Assembly (NCBI GenBank): GCA_019635875.1
Contig: JAHBYP010000008.1
Span: forward strand, 108,455-172,454
DNA from: Alphaproteobacteria bacterium
GTDB lineage: Bacteria; Pseudomonadota; Alphaproteobacteria; Reyranellales; Reyranellaceae
DNA: 64,000 nucleotides
Reading direction: 5' to 3'
Shown here: piece after piece, positions 16,283-25,322 of the stretch
Layout: each line of letters opens with the position of its first letter
How positions within the stretch are numbered: the first letter of the stretch is position 1
Notes under the pieces: model-generated
The model's input: the letters and a program-made list of their open reading frames with translations, nothing else
What the model was told of the DNA's origin: nothing
The model's database searches: none
Made by a program: the position numbers and the translations under genes

Positions 16283-17775
16283 CAGGCACGCATGCCCGGC
16301 ACCGGCGGCGGGCGGCGCAGCAGGAGCAGGAGCGGCACGGTGGCGAGCATGAACCACGCCATGGCGCGGAAGTCGTTGAGGTAGGCGATCAGGGTCGCCT
16401 GCCTGGTCAGCTCCGCGTCCCACATGGCCAGCGTCGACACGCCGGCCGGCGCGAAGGTGAGGTTGGGATTGAACGGGCTGATGTGGCCGGCGAGCTCGGA
16501 GCGGTTCATCTGGATGTTCTGCGACACCATCGCCACCAGCACGGCGATTCCGAGGCTGCCGCCGAGATTGCGCAGGAGCGCGTTGATCGCCGCCGCCTCG
16601 GTGCGCAGGGCCGGCGCGATGGTCGCGAACATCAGCACGCTGATCGGCACGAAGACGAAGCCCAGGCCGAAGCCCTGGCCGACGCCGGTCCAGATCACGT
16701 CCCAGATGTCGATGTCCATGGTGAAGCCGGTCATCACCCACAGCGAGCCGGCGCCGATCAGAAGGCCCAGCGCCATGATGATGCGCGGATCATACCGCCG
16801 CGTCAGCCGTCCGACGATGAGCATGGAGAACATCATGCCGATTCCGCGCGGCGCCATCACCAGGCCGATGGTGATCGCCGGATAGCCGCCGAGATAGGCG
16901 AGGAAGGGCGGCATCAGCGCCGCCGAGGCGATGAGCGCCATGCCCGACGTCGCGGTGAACAGCAGGCTGACCGAGAAGTTCGGATCCTCGAACAATCGCA
17001 GGTCGAAGAACGGGTAGTCGGCGGTCATGACATGGATCACGAACATGGCGAAGCAGACGCCGGCAACCACCGTCTCGATGACGATCTCGGTCGAGGTGAA
17101 CCAGTCGAGCAGCTCGCCGCGGTCGAGCACGAGCTGCAGGCAGGCGATGGAGATGCCCAGCAGCGCGAAGCCGGTGAAGTCGAACGGTCGTCGCCGCGAT
17201 TCCTCGGCCGGCATGAGCGTCGCGATCCCCAGGCACGCCAGGATGCCGACCGGCACGTTGATGTAGAACACCCAGCGCCAGGTGAACTCCTCGGTCAGCC
17301 AGCCGCCGAGCGTCGGGCCCATGATCGGTCCGACCATCACGCCCACGCCCCAGAAGCCCATCACCGAGCTGTGCTGCTCCGGCGGATAGATGTCGAGCAG
17401 GGTCGATTGCGACAGCGGCACCAGCGCCGCGCCGAAGGCACCCTGCAGGGCGCGGAAGAGCACGATCTGATCCAGCGTCATCGCCGCGCCGCACAGCATC
17501 GAGGCCAGGGTGAAGCCGACCACCGCCCAGAAGAAGACGTAGCGGCGGCCGAAGCGGCCGGCCAGGAAGCCGGTCAGCGGCGTCATGATCGCCGAAGCGA
17601 CGATGTAGGACGTCAGCACCCAGGATATCTGGTTGTGCGTCGCCGACAGCGTGCCCTGCATGTGCGGCAGCGCGACGTTGGCGATGGTGGCGTCGAGCGC
17701 GTGCATGATGGTGGCCGCCATCATCGCCAGCGCCAGCAGACCGCGATGTCTGACCTCGACCGCCGCCGCGGTCAT
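16282..17775 (-). CDS. MFS multidrug efflux transporter, EmrB/QacA (14-TM) family
   Basis: The protein reads LDATIANVALPHMQGTLSA..NQISWVLTSYIVASAIMTPLTGFLAGRFGRR and has many TM segments. The start at 17775 overlaps the HlyD-family gene stop (ATGA). The track ORF of 622 aa is over-extended. Confidence 0.85.
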   Translation of the reverse strand: MTAAAVEVRHRGLLALAMMAATIMHALDATIANVALPHMQGTLSATHNQISWVLTSYIVASAIMTPLTGFLAGRFGRRYVFFWAVVGFTLASMLCGAAMTLDQIVLFRALQGAFGAALVPLSQSTLLDIYPPEQHSSVMGFWGVGVMVGPIMGPTLGGWLTEEFTWRWVFYINVPVGILACLGIATLMPAEESRRRPFDFTGFALLGISIACLQLVLDRGELLDWFTSTEIVIETVVAGVCFAMFVIHVMTADYPFFDLRLFEDPNFSVSLLFTATSGMALIASAALMPPFLAYLGGYPAITIGLVMAPRGIGMMFSMLIVGRLTRRYDPRIIMALGLLIGAGSLWVMTGFTMDIDIWDVIWTGVGQGFGLGFVFVPISVLMFATIAPALRTEAAAINALLRNLGGSLGIAVLVAMVSQNIQMNRSELAGHISPFNPNLTFAPAGVSTLAMWDAELTRQATLIAYLNDFRAMAWFMLATVPLLLLLRRPPPVPGMRA

Positions 17776-18935
17776 TTGCTGCGGGCGGCGCCCGTCTGGG
17801 CGTTGGCACCGCCCAGTCCGAAGAGGCGCTCGACGCTGGCCACCAGGTCGCCGAACGAGCGCCGGTAGCCGGTGTCGATGTCGACCGAGGCGCTCATGCC
17901 GACGCGCAGCGGCGGATCGCTGTCGGTGGTGCGCACCTCGATGCGCACCGGGATGCGCTGCACCACCTTCACCCAGTTGCCCGAGGCGTTCTGCGGCGGC
18001 AGCACGGCGAACTCCGCGCCGGTCGCCTGGCTGATGCTGGTGACGACGCCGTGCCAGGTCCGGCCGGGATAGGTGTCGACATGCAGCGTCACGCGCTGGC
18101 CAGGCCGCACACGCGCCAGATCGGTTTCCTTGTAGTTGGCCTCGATCCACAGGCCGGCGTCGGCGACCACGGCCATCATCGCCGTGCCGACCGAGGCATA
18201 GGCGCCGACCGTCGGCTTGCGCGCGGCGATGCCGGCGATCGGCGCCTCGATGCGGGTGCGCTTGAGATCGAGGATCGCCTTGTCGCGCATGGCGCGCATC
18301 TGGCGCACCTTGGGATGATCCTCGGCCTTGATCTTTGGGTCGCCGGCCAGCTGCGCCTCGATGCGCAGCATCTCCTCCTGCAGCATGGCGATGCGCTGGC
18401 GCGCCACGTCGAGGTCGCGCCGCGCCTCGTCCATGCGCATGCCCAGCCCGATCCTGCGCTGGGCCAGGTCGCTCTGCCGCTCGAACTCCTGCTGGGCGAA
18501 ATGCTCCTGGCTGCGCGACAGCTTCACCTCCTCGCGCTTCTGCCGCCAGCTCGCCCGCAAGCCCTGGATTTCCGCCCGCGCGCTTTCCAGCTCGGCCTCG
18601 GCTCTGGTCAGCGCCAGCCTGTAGGGCGAGTCGTCGAGGCGGAACAGCAACTGGCCCCTGGTCACCGGCTGGTTCTCCTGCACCAGCACCTCGACCACGA
18701 TGCCGGCGATTTCCGGCGCGATCAGAACCCGGTCACCCTTCACATAGGCGTTATCGGTCCCGACGTACCGACCCGACGCGAGATAGCCCCAGATGCCGAT
18801 GGCGACGGCGGCGACGGGCAGCAGCCACATCACGGCACGCGCCAGCGACCGCCGGGAACGCCGACGCGGCATGGGCGCCGGGGCGGGTTGCTGCTCGCTC
18901 ATGATGCTACCAACTGAACCCTCGGGATCGGACAT
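17772..18935 (-). CDS. HlyD/EmrA family membrane fusion (periplasmic adaptor) protein
   Basis: It has an N-terminal TM, then TDNAYVKGDRVLIAPEIAGIVVEV, a coiled-coil region and a beta-barrel C-terminus. This is the typical EmrA architecture. Confidence 0.85.
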   Translation of the reverse strand: MSDPEGSVGSIMSEQQPAPAPMPRRRSRRSLARAVMWLLPVAAVAIGIWGYLASGRYVGTDNAYVKGDRVLIAPEIAGIVVEVLVQENQPVTRGQLLFRLDDSPYRLALTRAEAELESARAEIQGLRASWRQKREEVKLSRSQEHFAQQEFERQSDLAQRRIGLGMRMDEARRDLDVARQRIAMLQEEMLRIEAQLAGDPKIKAEDHPKVRQMRAMRDKAILDLKRTRIEAPIAGIAARKPTVGAYASVGTAMMAVVADAGLWIEANYKETDLARVRPGQRVTLHVDTYPGRTWHGVVTSISQATGAEFAVLPPQNASGNWVKVVQRIPVRIEVRTTDSDPPLRVGMSASVDIDTGYRRSFGDLVASVERLFGLGGANAQTGAARSK

Positions 18936-19181
18936 GGCCCCTCCCGAGGACCATGTGGACCTCTCTCTATACCACGCCGATACCCGCCCCGCCCGGCCGC
19001 GTCAGCCTACTGACCGGCATGGCAGCCTGCGCCTTTTCGCCGGTCCGGTTGCCCTATTCCGTCAGGCGGCCATCCCCGCGTGTGATTGATGGCGTTTGAG
19101 AGCGCATTGTAGACGGCGAGGCATCGTTGCCGAGCTGGCATCCGCAGGATTAGGTTTATCGTTGGCACTCGCGGAGGGCCA

Positions 19182-20966
19182 TTGACGGGTGATCAACGCA
19201 GGCTGGCGGCGATTCTTGCCGCTGACGTGGTCGGCTACTCGCGGCTCATGGGTCGCGACGAGAGCGGCACGCTTTCGCGCCTGCGCACGCACCGATCGCA
19301 GCAGTTGGAGCCCGCCGTGAAGCGGCGCCGCGGGCGGATCGTCAAGTTGACCGGCGATGGTGCGCTTGTGGAGTTTTCGAGCGCCGTCGAGGCCGTGTCG
19401 GCGGCCATCGAGATTCAGCAGGAAATGGCTGATGCGAACTGCGACGAAGCGGCGGAGCAGGCCATCGCGTTCCGCATCGGCGTGCATCTGGGCGACCTGA
19501 TCGTCGATGGCGATGACCTGTACGGCGACGGCGTGAATGTGGCGGCACGGCTGGAAGGCGAAGCGCCCGCCGGCGGCATTGTCATATCGGGCGATGTCCA
19601 TAACGCCGTCGCGGGCCGGCTGCAGGCCACGTTCGACGATTTGGGCGATCTGGCGCTCAAGAACATCGTACGGCCCCTACGGGCGTATCGCGTCCGGTGG
19701 TCAGCCGCCGATTGGCCTGCGCACGTCAGGGCGACGCCGGCACCTGACCCACCGACGACCGCGCCTGATAAGCCGTCGATAGCAGTGCTGCCCTTTACTA
19801 ACATGAGCGGGAATCCGGAGCAGGAGTATTTCGCCGACGGCGTCACGGAAGACATCATCACGGAACTCGCTCGCTTCCGGTCCCTGCTGGTCATCGCGCG
19901 CAACAGCACGTTCACCTACAAAGGCAAAGCGGTCGACGTGCGGACCGTCGGGCGCGACCTGGGTGTTCGCTATGTGCTCGAGGGCAGTGTGCGCCGCTAT
20001 GGCGATAAAGTGCGAACGACGGCGCAGCTCACCGACGCGACGACCGGTGGTCACATCTGGGCAGAGCGCTACGATCGACCAATGGCCGACGTGTTCGCGC
20101 TGCAGGACGAGATGACCAGTCGCATCGTAGCGCAAATCCAGCCTGCACTGACAACGACCGAGATCGAGCGTTCAAGGAAGAAGCCTGCGCGAGACCTAAC
20201 CGCGTGGGACTTGTACCTGCAGGCGCTGCCGCTCGGCCGCAGCTACGAGCGAAGCCGCGTCGAGGAGGCCGAGAGCCTGCTGAAGCGCGCGATCGACGCG
20301 AAGCCGGATTTCGCGGCCGCCTACGCGAAACTGTCCTCGTGTCGGCTCAAGGCTTGCTACAGGGGATGGATGGATCGGGCGACGGCGGAACGGGAGGCGT
20401 TTGAACTAGCTGAACGCGCCATTCAGCTCGATGAGGAAGAGGGGCTAGCCCATGACGCGCTGGCATCCGCAGAAATGAGCGTCGGAAGCGTCGTCGAGGC
20501 AATATCGACAGCGCGGCGAGCGATCGAACTCTGTCCGGTCCTGATGGCCGCCCACGGTACATTGGTCAGCGCGCTTGCTTTCGCCGGGCGATGCGAAGAG
20601 GCCATCGCGGCGTATCACGAAAGCGAGTTTCTTAGTCCGCGCGATCCTGACCGGTCGGGGAGGCTGATGGGCCTCATGCTGGCTCACTTCTTCTCCGGCA
20701 ACTATCCAGAGGCGGCGCGCCTGGCACGCGAGCACGCGCGTCTGCAGCCGTACTGGCATGCCAACCAAGCCTACCTCGCGGCTGCGCTCGCCCATATGGG
20801 CCGCCTCGAAGAGGCCCGTGACGCAATGCGCCGAGTACTCGAGATCATGCCCAGCTACTCTTTGTCTACCATCAAGGCATCATCCGGACAACGCAGCATG
20901 ATCAAGCGTGAGGAAGACAAGGAGCGATTTCGAGCCGGACTACGGCTAGCCGGCGTGCCGGAGTGA
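19182..20966 (+). CDS. Class III adenylate/guanylate cyclase fused to a TolB-N-like domain and TPR repeats
   Basis: The cyclase domain shows RRLAAILAADVVGYSRLM..KLTGDGALVEF...GDLYGDGVNVAARLE. It is followed by IAVLPFTNMSGNPEQEYFADGVTEDIIT and C-terminal TPR-like helices. The start is TTG. Confidence 0.85.
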   Translation: MTGDQRRLAAILAADVVGYSRLMGRDESGTLSRLRTHRSQQLEPAVKRRRGRIVKLTGDGALVEFSSAVEAVSAAIEIQQEMADANCDEAAEQAIAFRIGVHLGDLIVDGDDLYGDGVNVAARLEGEAPAGGIVISGDVHNAVAGRLQATFDDLGDLALKNIVRPLRAYRVRWSAADWPAHVRATPAPDPPTTAPDKPSIAVLPFTNMSGNPEQEYFADGVTEDIITELARFRSLLVIARNSTFTYKGKAVDVRTVGRDLGVRYVLEGSVRRYGDKVRTTAQLTDATTGGHIWAERYDRPMADVFALQDEMTSRIVAQIQPALTTTEIERSRKKPARDLTAWDLYLQALPLGRSYERSRVEEAESLLKRAIDAKPDFAAAYAKLSSCRLKACYRGWMDRATAEREAFELAERAIQLDEEEGLAHDALASAEMSVGSVVEAISTARRAIELCPVLMAAHGTLVSALAFAGRCEEAIAAYHESEFLSPRDPDRSGRLMGLMLAHFFSGNYPEAARLAREHARLQPYWHANQAYLAAALAHMGRLEEARDAMRRVLEIMPSYSLSTIKASSGQRSMIKREEDKERFRAGLRLAGVPE

Positions 20967-21574
20967 TCCCCATGGGTACCATCGACTACTGGTTCTCCGT
21001 AGGCTCGACGTACAATTTCCTGTCGTTAATGCGCCTCGACGAAATTGAGAAGAAGTACGGCGTGCAGTTTCGCTGGCGGCCCTTCAGCATGTGGAAGATC
21101 CTTCACGAAATGGGCCACGTTCCGTTCGCCGACAAGCCAGCGAAGTTGGCCTATATGTGGCGCGACATCGCCAGGAGGGCAGAGGCTCGCGGCATTAAGG
21201 CTAAGCTGCCCGCGCCCTATCCAGCGAAGCGCATCGCCTTCGGCATCCAAGTCGCCTTCCTCGGCATGCGTGAGGGTTGGGGCAAGGAGTTTGTCAAGAA
21301 CAGCTACACCCGATTGTATTTTCACGGCGAGGAGCCGTACGAGGATCCCGGACTCTCCGACACGCTGAACAGATTGGGACAGGACGTCGCCCGCGTCCTA
21401 CAGACAGCGGATGGCGAAGACAACCTCCGGCTGCTCGAAGAGGAAACGAACGAAGCACGACGGCTCGGGCTGTTCGGCTCGCCAAGCTTCGTGGTCGACG
21501 GCGAAGTGTTTTGGGGAGACGATCGTCTCGAGGACGCGATCGCCTGGCGGCAACACGGAACATTGAAGCGATAG
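20963..21574 (+). CDS. 2-hydroxychromene-2-carboxylate isomerase / DsbA-like family protein
   Basis: The protein shows IDYWFSVGSTYNFLS ... FGSPSFVVDGEVFWGDDRLEDAI. The GTG at 20963 overlaps the cyclase stop (GTGA). An ATG at 20972 is an alternative start. Confidence 0.8.
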   Translation: MIPMGTIDYWFSVGSTYNFLSLMRLDEIEKKYGVQFRWRPFSMWKILHEMGHVPFADKPAKLAYMWRDIARRAEARGIKAKLPAPYPAKRIAFGIQVAFLGMREGWGKEFVKNSYTRLYFHGEEPYEDPGLSDTLNRLGQDVARVLQTADGEDNLRLLEEETNEARRLGLFGSPSFVVDGEVFWGDDRLEDAIAWRQHGTLKR

Positions 21575-21597
21575 CCGATGTTCCTGCTGGAGATGGC

Positions 21598-23199
21598 TCA
21601 GGCCGCCACCGTCGCGCCGTCGCGAAACAGCTTGTAGGTGATGGCGTCGTAGAGCGCGTTGTAGGCGGCGTCGATGATGTTGGGCGACACGCCGATGGTG
21701 GTCCAGCGACGGTCCTCGCCGTCCTCGCTCTCGATCATCACGCGCGTCACCGCCGCGGTGCCGCCGGCGGAGTCGAGGATACGCACCTTGAAGTCCACCA
21801 GCGCCATGTCGCCGAGCTCGGCATAGTGCGGCAGCAGCGCCTTGCGCAGCGCCTGGTCGAGCGCGTTGACCGGGCCATTGCCTTCGCCGACCTCCATGAG
21901 GTGCCGGCCGGCGACGTCGAGCTTCACCGTCGCCTCGGAGAGTGTGATCAGCTCGCCACGTGCGTTCCAGCGCCGCTCGGCCAGCACGCGGAAGCTCTGC
22001 AGCGCGAAATAGTCCGGCACCGTGTGCAGCTCGCGCCGTGCCAGCAGCTCGAAGGAGGCGTCGGCGCCGTCATAGGCGTAGCCGTTGGCTTCGCGCTCCT
22101 TGACGATCTCCAGCAGCCTGGAGACATCGGGGCTCTTCGGATCGATCTCCAGCCCGATCTGGCGGAAGCGCGCGACGACATTGGAGCGGCCGGCCTGGTC
22201 GGAGACGACGATGATGCGCTGGTTGCCGACGATCTCCGGATCGATGTGCTCGTAGGTGCGCGGATCCTTCTCGACCGCCGAGACGTGCAGGCCGCCCTTG
22301 TGCGCGAAGGCGCGCGTGCCGACATAGGCCGCGCTGCGGTTGGGCGCGATGTTGAGCCGCTCGTCGAGCAGGCGCGAGAGGTGCGTGAGCGTGGCGATCT
22401 TCTCGCCGTTCATGCCGACGTCGAAGCCCATCTTCAGCGCCAGGTTCGGAATGAGCGCGATCATGTTGGCATTGCCGCAGCGCTCTCCCAGCCCGTTGAT
22501 CGTGCCCTGCACCTGGCGCACGCCCGCGTTGACCGCGGCCAGCGTGTTGGCCACCGCGTTCTCGGTGTCGTTGTGGGTGTGGATGCCCAGCGACGTGCCG
22601 GGAATCTCGCGGGTGACCTCGCCGACGATGCGCTCGATCTCGTGCGGCAGCGTGCCGCCGTTGGTGTCGCAGAGCACGACCCAGCGCGCGCCGGCGGCGT
22701 GCGCCTCGCGCACGCAGGTCAGCGCGTAGTCGCGATTGGCCTTGAAGCCGTCGAAGAAATGCTCGGCGTCGAACATCACCTCCTCGGTGCGGCTCTTCGC
22801 GAAGGCCACCGAGTCGGCGATCATCTCGACGTATTCGGTGCGGCCCAGCTCGAGCGCGACGTCGACGTGGAAGTCCCAGGTCTTGCCGACCATGCACACA
22901 GTACGTGCCTTGGTGCCGACCAGGGCGTTGAGCCCGGGATCGTTCGAGGCGCTGCGCCCGGCACGCCGCGTCATGCCGAAGGCGACGAACTTCGAGCGCC
23001 TGAAGTTGGGAGGTGCGGCGAAGAAGCGATCGTCGGTCGGGTTGGCGCCCGGCCAGCCGCCCTCGATGTAGTCGATGCCGATCTCGTCCAGCGCGCGGGC
23101 AATGGCGACCTTGTCGGCCACCGAGAAATCGACACCCTGCGTCTGCGCGCCGTCGCGCAACGTGGTGTCGAACAGATAGACGCGCTTGTCGTCGGCCAC
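21598..23199 (-). CDS. Citramalate synthase / 2-isopropylmalate synthase family (CimA-like, about 533 aa)
   Basis: The protein shows VYLFDTTLRDGAQTQGVDFSVADKVAIARALDEIGIDYIEGGWPGANP and H.HNDTENAVANTLAAV, with a C-terminal LeuA-dimer-like domain. The start is re-set to the GTG at 23199. The extra N-terminus in the track is translated from a REP element. Confidence 0.85.
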   Translation of the reverse strand: MADDKRVYLFDTTLRDGAQTQGVDFSVADKVAIARALDEIGIDYIEGGWPGANPTDDRFFAAPPNFRRSKFVAFGMTRRAGRSASNDPGLNALVGTKARTVCMVGKTWDFHVDVALELGRTEYVEMIADSVAFAKSRTEEVMFDAEHFFDGFKANRDYALTCVREAHAAGARWVVLCDTNGGTLPHEIERIVGEVTREIPGTSLGIHTHNDTENAVANTLAAVNAGVRQVQGTINGLGERCGNANMIALIPNLALKMGFDVGMNGEKIATLTHLSRLLDERLNIAPNRSAAYVGTRAFAHKGGLHVSAVEKDPRTYEHIDPEIVGNQRIIVVSDQAGRSNVVARFRQIGLEIDPKSPDVSRLLEIVKEREANGYAYDGADASFELLARRELHTVPDYFALQSFRVLAERRWNARGELITLSEATVKLDVAGRHLMEVGEGNGPVNALDQALRKALLPHYAELGDMALVDFKVRILDSAGGTAAVTRVMIESEDGEDRRWTTIGVSPNIIDAAYNALYDAITYKLFRDGATVAA

Positions 23200-23218
23200 G
23201 TGTCCCGCCCTCCCATTG

Positions 23219-23380
23219 CCTTCTCCCCGCGAAGGCGGGGAGAAGGTGCCCGAAGGGCGGAAGGGCGGATGAGGGGCCTCTCGGCGTCTCACCAACGGCA
23301 AGCGTTGTCGCTACGTGAGAAAGCCCCTCATCCGCCTCGCTTTCGCTCGGCACCTTCTCCCCGCCTGCGCGGGGAGAAGG
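23219..23380. repeat. Nested palindromic intergenic element (family A)
   Basis: Arm 1 is ccttctccccgcgaaggcggggagaaggtgcc...ggcggatgaggggc. Arm 2 is gcccctcatccgcc...ggcaccttctccccgcctgcgcggggagaagg. Each arm also contains its own small hairpin, cttctccccgc-N4-gcggggagaag. A second copy lies at 39862-40013. Confidence 0.75.
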
Positions 23381-23440
23381 GGTCGTATCGCACCGCCTCA
23401 GGGCATCGTCAACGAAGCCCGACCATGCCACCCTGCGGCG

Positions 23441-24382
23441 ATGCGCACCGCCTCCTACATCCTGCCGGCCGACGACGACTACGCCCTGCATGTCCATCGC
23501 TGGCTGCCGGACGGCGAGCCCCGGGCCGTGGTGCAGATCGCCCATGGGCTGGGCGAGCATGCCGGCCGCTACGCCCGCTTCGCCCAGGCGCTGACCGACG
23601 CCGGCTGGGCGGTGCACGCCAACGACCATCGCGGGCACGGCCTGACCGCGCCCACGGCTGACGATCTGGGCTTCTTCGCCGAGCACGATGGCTGGCGCCG
23701 CGTGCTCGCCGACATGGCGCTGCTGCGCAAGCGCGTCGCGGCCGACCATCCGGGCCTGCCGGTGGCGATCTTCGGCCATTCCATGGGCTCGTTCCTGACT
23801 CAGTGGACGATCGCCGAGCGCGGCGCAGACTATGCCGGCGCGGTGCTCTGCGGCTCCAACGGCAAGCCCCCGCCGATCGCCACCCTGGGCAAGCTGATCG
23901 CCCGCTTCGAGCGCTGGCGGCTGGGCCCGCGCGGGCGCAGCTCGCTGCTGCTCACGCTGTCCTTCGCCGACTTCAACAAGCGCTTCCGGCCCAACCGCAC
24001 CGACGCCGACTGGCTGTCGCGCGATACGGCCGAGGTCGACGCCTATGTCGCCGACAGGCTGTGCGGCTTCGTGCCCACCGGCCAGCTCTGGATCGACTTG
24101 ATCGGCGGCGTCGCGCGACAGACCGACCCGGCGCTGGTCGGCCGGATCCCCAAGGAGCTGCCGATCCTCGTCATCGCCGGCACTGCCGACCCGGTGAGCG
24201 ATGGCGCGAAAGGCCTGCCGTCACTGCTGATCGCCTATCGCGACGCTGGCCTGCGCAACGTCACGCACCGCTTCTACGACGACGCCCGCCACGAGCTGCT
24301 CAACGAGACCAACCGCGACGAGATCACCGCCGATACCCTGCGGTGGCTGCGCGACGTCCTCACGCCAGCACCGCGCGGTTGA
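23441..24382 (+). CDS. Alpha/beta hydrolase (lysophospholipase / monoacylglycerol-lipase-like)
   Basis: The protein shows AHGLGEHAGRY, a nucleophile elbow FGHSMGSF, and a C-terminal D/H region (GTADPV ... ARHELLNE). The start is re-set to the ATG at 23441. The upstream part of the track ORF is REP-derived. Confidence 0.8.
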   Translation: MRTASYILPADDDYALHVHRWLPDGEPRAVVQIAHGLGEHAGRYARFAQALTDAGWAVHANDHRGHGLTAPTADDLGFFAEHDGWRRVLADMALLRKRVAADHPGLPVAIFGHSMGSFLTQWTIAERGADYAGAVLCGSNGKPPPIATLGKLIARFERWRLGPRGRSSLLLTLSFADFNKRFRPNRTDADWLSRDTAEVDAYVADRLCGFVPTGQLWIDLIGGVARQTDPALVGRIPKELPILVIAGTADPVSDGAKGLPSLLIAYRDAGLRNVTHRFYDDARHELLNETNRDEITADTLRWLRDVLTPAPRG

Positions 24383-25322
24383 CGCACAGCGCCGGATCGA
24401 CCGGCTTGCCGTCGAGCACGCGCAGCAGGTTCTCGGCCGCCGTCGCCGATACCGCGTCGGTGGCGTAGCCGGTATGGGCACCGATATGCGGGCTCAGCAC
24501 GACATTGGGCAGCCCCAGCAGCGCACAGTCGGGAGCCGGCGGCTCGTCGCGGAAGGTGTCGAGGCCGGCGCCCAGCAGATGGCCGGCGCGCAAGGCCGCC
24601 ACCAGGGCGCCCTCGTCGACCACCGGGCCACGCGCGGCGTTGAGCAGGACCGCACCCCTGGGCAGCGCGGCGAGCTGCGCGGCGCCGATCATGCCCTCGG
24701 TCTCCTCCGTCAGCGGGCAGTGCAGGCTGAGCACCTCGGCGCGCGCCAGCAGATCGCCAAGCGAGGCCACGCGCTCGACACCTTCGATCACGGCGTTGAT
24801 GTAGGGATCGTAGGCCATCACCTTCAGGCCCAGCCCCGCCGCAGCCCGGGCCACGCGCTTGCCGACGGCACCCAGCCCGACGATGCCCATGGTACGACCG
24901 CCGAGCTGCACGCCCGCCGGTCCCTTGATCCACCGTGCGCCACGCAGGTTGGCATCGTGCGTCGGAATGGCGCGCGCCACGGCGATCATCAGGCCGATCG
25001 TCAGCTCGGCGACCGACTGGGCGTTGACGCCGGCGGCGACCAACACCGGGATCCGCTTCGCCGTCGCGGCGGGAATGTCGACGCTGTTGTAGCCGGCGCC
25101 GTGGCGCGAGATGCAGCGGATCGAATCGCCGGCGCGGATGACATTGCCCGACACGCCGTGCCGCGCGAGGATGCCGTCGATCGTCTCCTTGCGCACCAGG
25201 GCCAAGAGCTCAGCATCGCTGCTGTTGTCGGCGACGAAATGCACGCGACAGCCGGCGGCGTTCAGCACGTCGAGGCCGGGCTTGGCCAGATCAGGTCCGG
25301 TGATGGCGATGGTCCAGGGCAT
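24360..25322 (-). CDS. D-isomer-specific 2-hydroxyacid dehydrogenase (PGDH-like)
   Basis: It has the NAD motif GIVGLGAVGKRVA and the catalytic region NAARG...D and SPHIG. The ATG at 25322 overlaps the stop of the cupin gene (ATGA). Confidence 0.85.
   Translation of the reverse strand: MPWTIAITGPDLAKPGLDVLNAAGCRVHFVADNSSDAELLALVRKETIDGILARHGVSGNVIRAGDSIRCISRHGAGYNSVDIPAATAKRIPVLVAAGVNAQSVAELTIGLMIAVARAIPTHDANLRGARWIKGPAGVQLGGRTMGIVGLGAVGKRVARAAAGLGLKVMAYDPYINAVIEGVERVASLGDLLARAEVLSLHCPLTEETEGMIGAAQLAALPRGAVLLNAARGPVVDEGALVAALRAGHLLGAGLDTFRDEPPAPDCALLGLPNVVLSPHIGAHTGYATDAVSATAAENLLRVLDGKPVDPALCVNRAVLA

Noticed and set aside
15509-18150. Over-long track ORFs for the methyltransferase (410 aa) and the MFS transporter (622 aa). 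The same issue affects msrA (330 aa), glmS (692 aa), glmU, gph, the alpha/beta hydrolase, the amidohydrolase, cimA and the ART-like gene.
   Set aside because: The N-terminal extensions are Arg/Pro/Gly-rich, overlap upstream genes or REP elements, and lack family similarity. Internal ATG/GTG codons with an RBS or ATGA coupling give canonical protein lengths.
23315-23440. A short peptide-coding region (MRKPLIRLAFARHLLPACAGRRG...). Similar PSGTFSP/GEG-type peptides are read from other intergenic elements.
   Set aside because: These are translations of the palindromic family A elements. The same DNA occurs in both orientations in several intergenic regions, which is inconsistent with a conserved protein.
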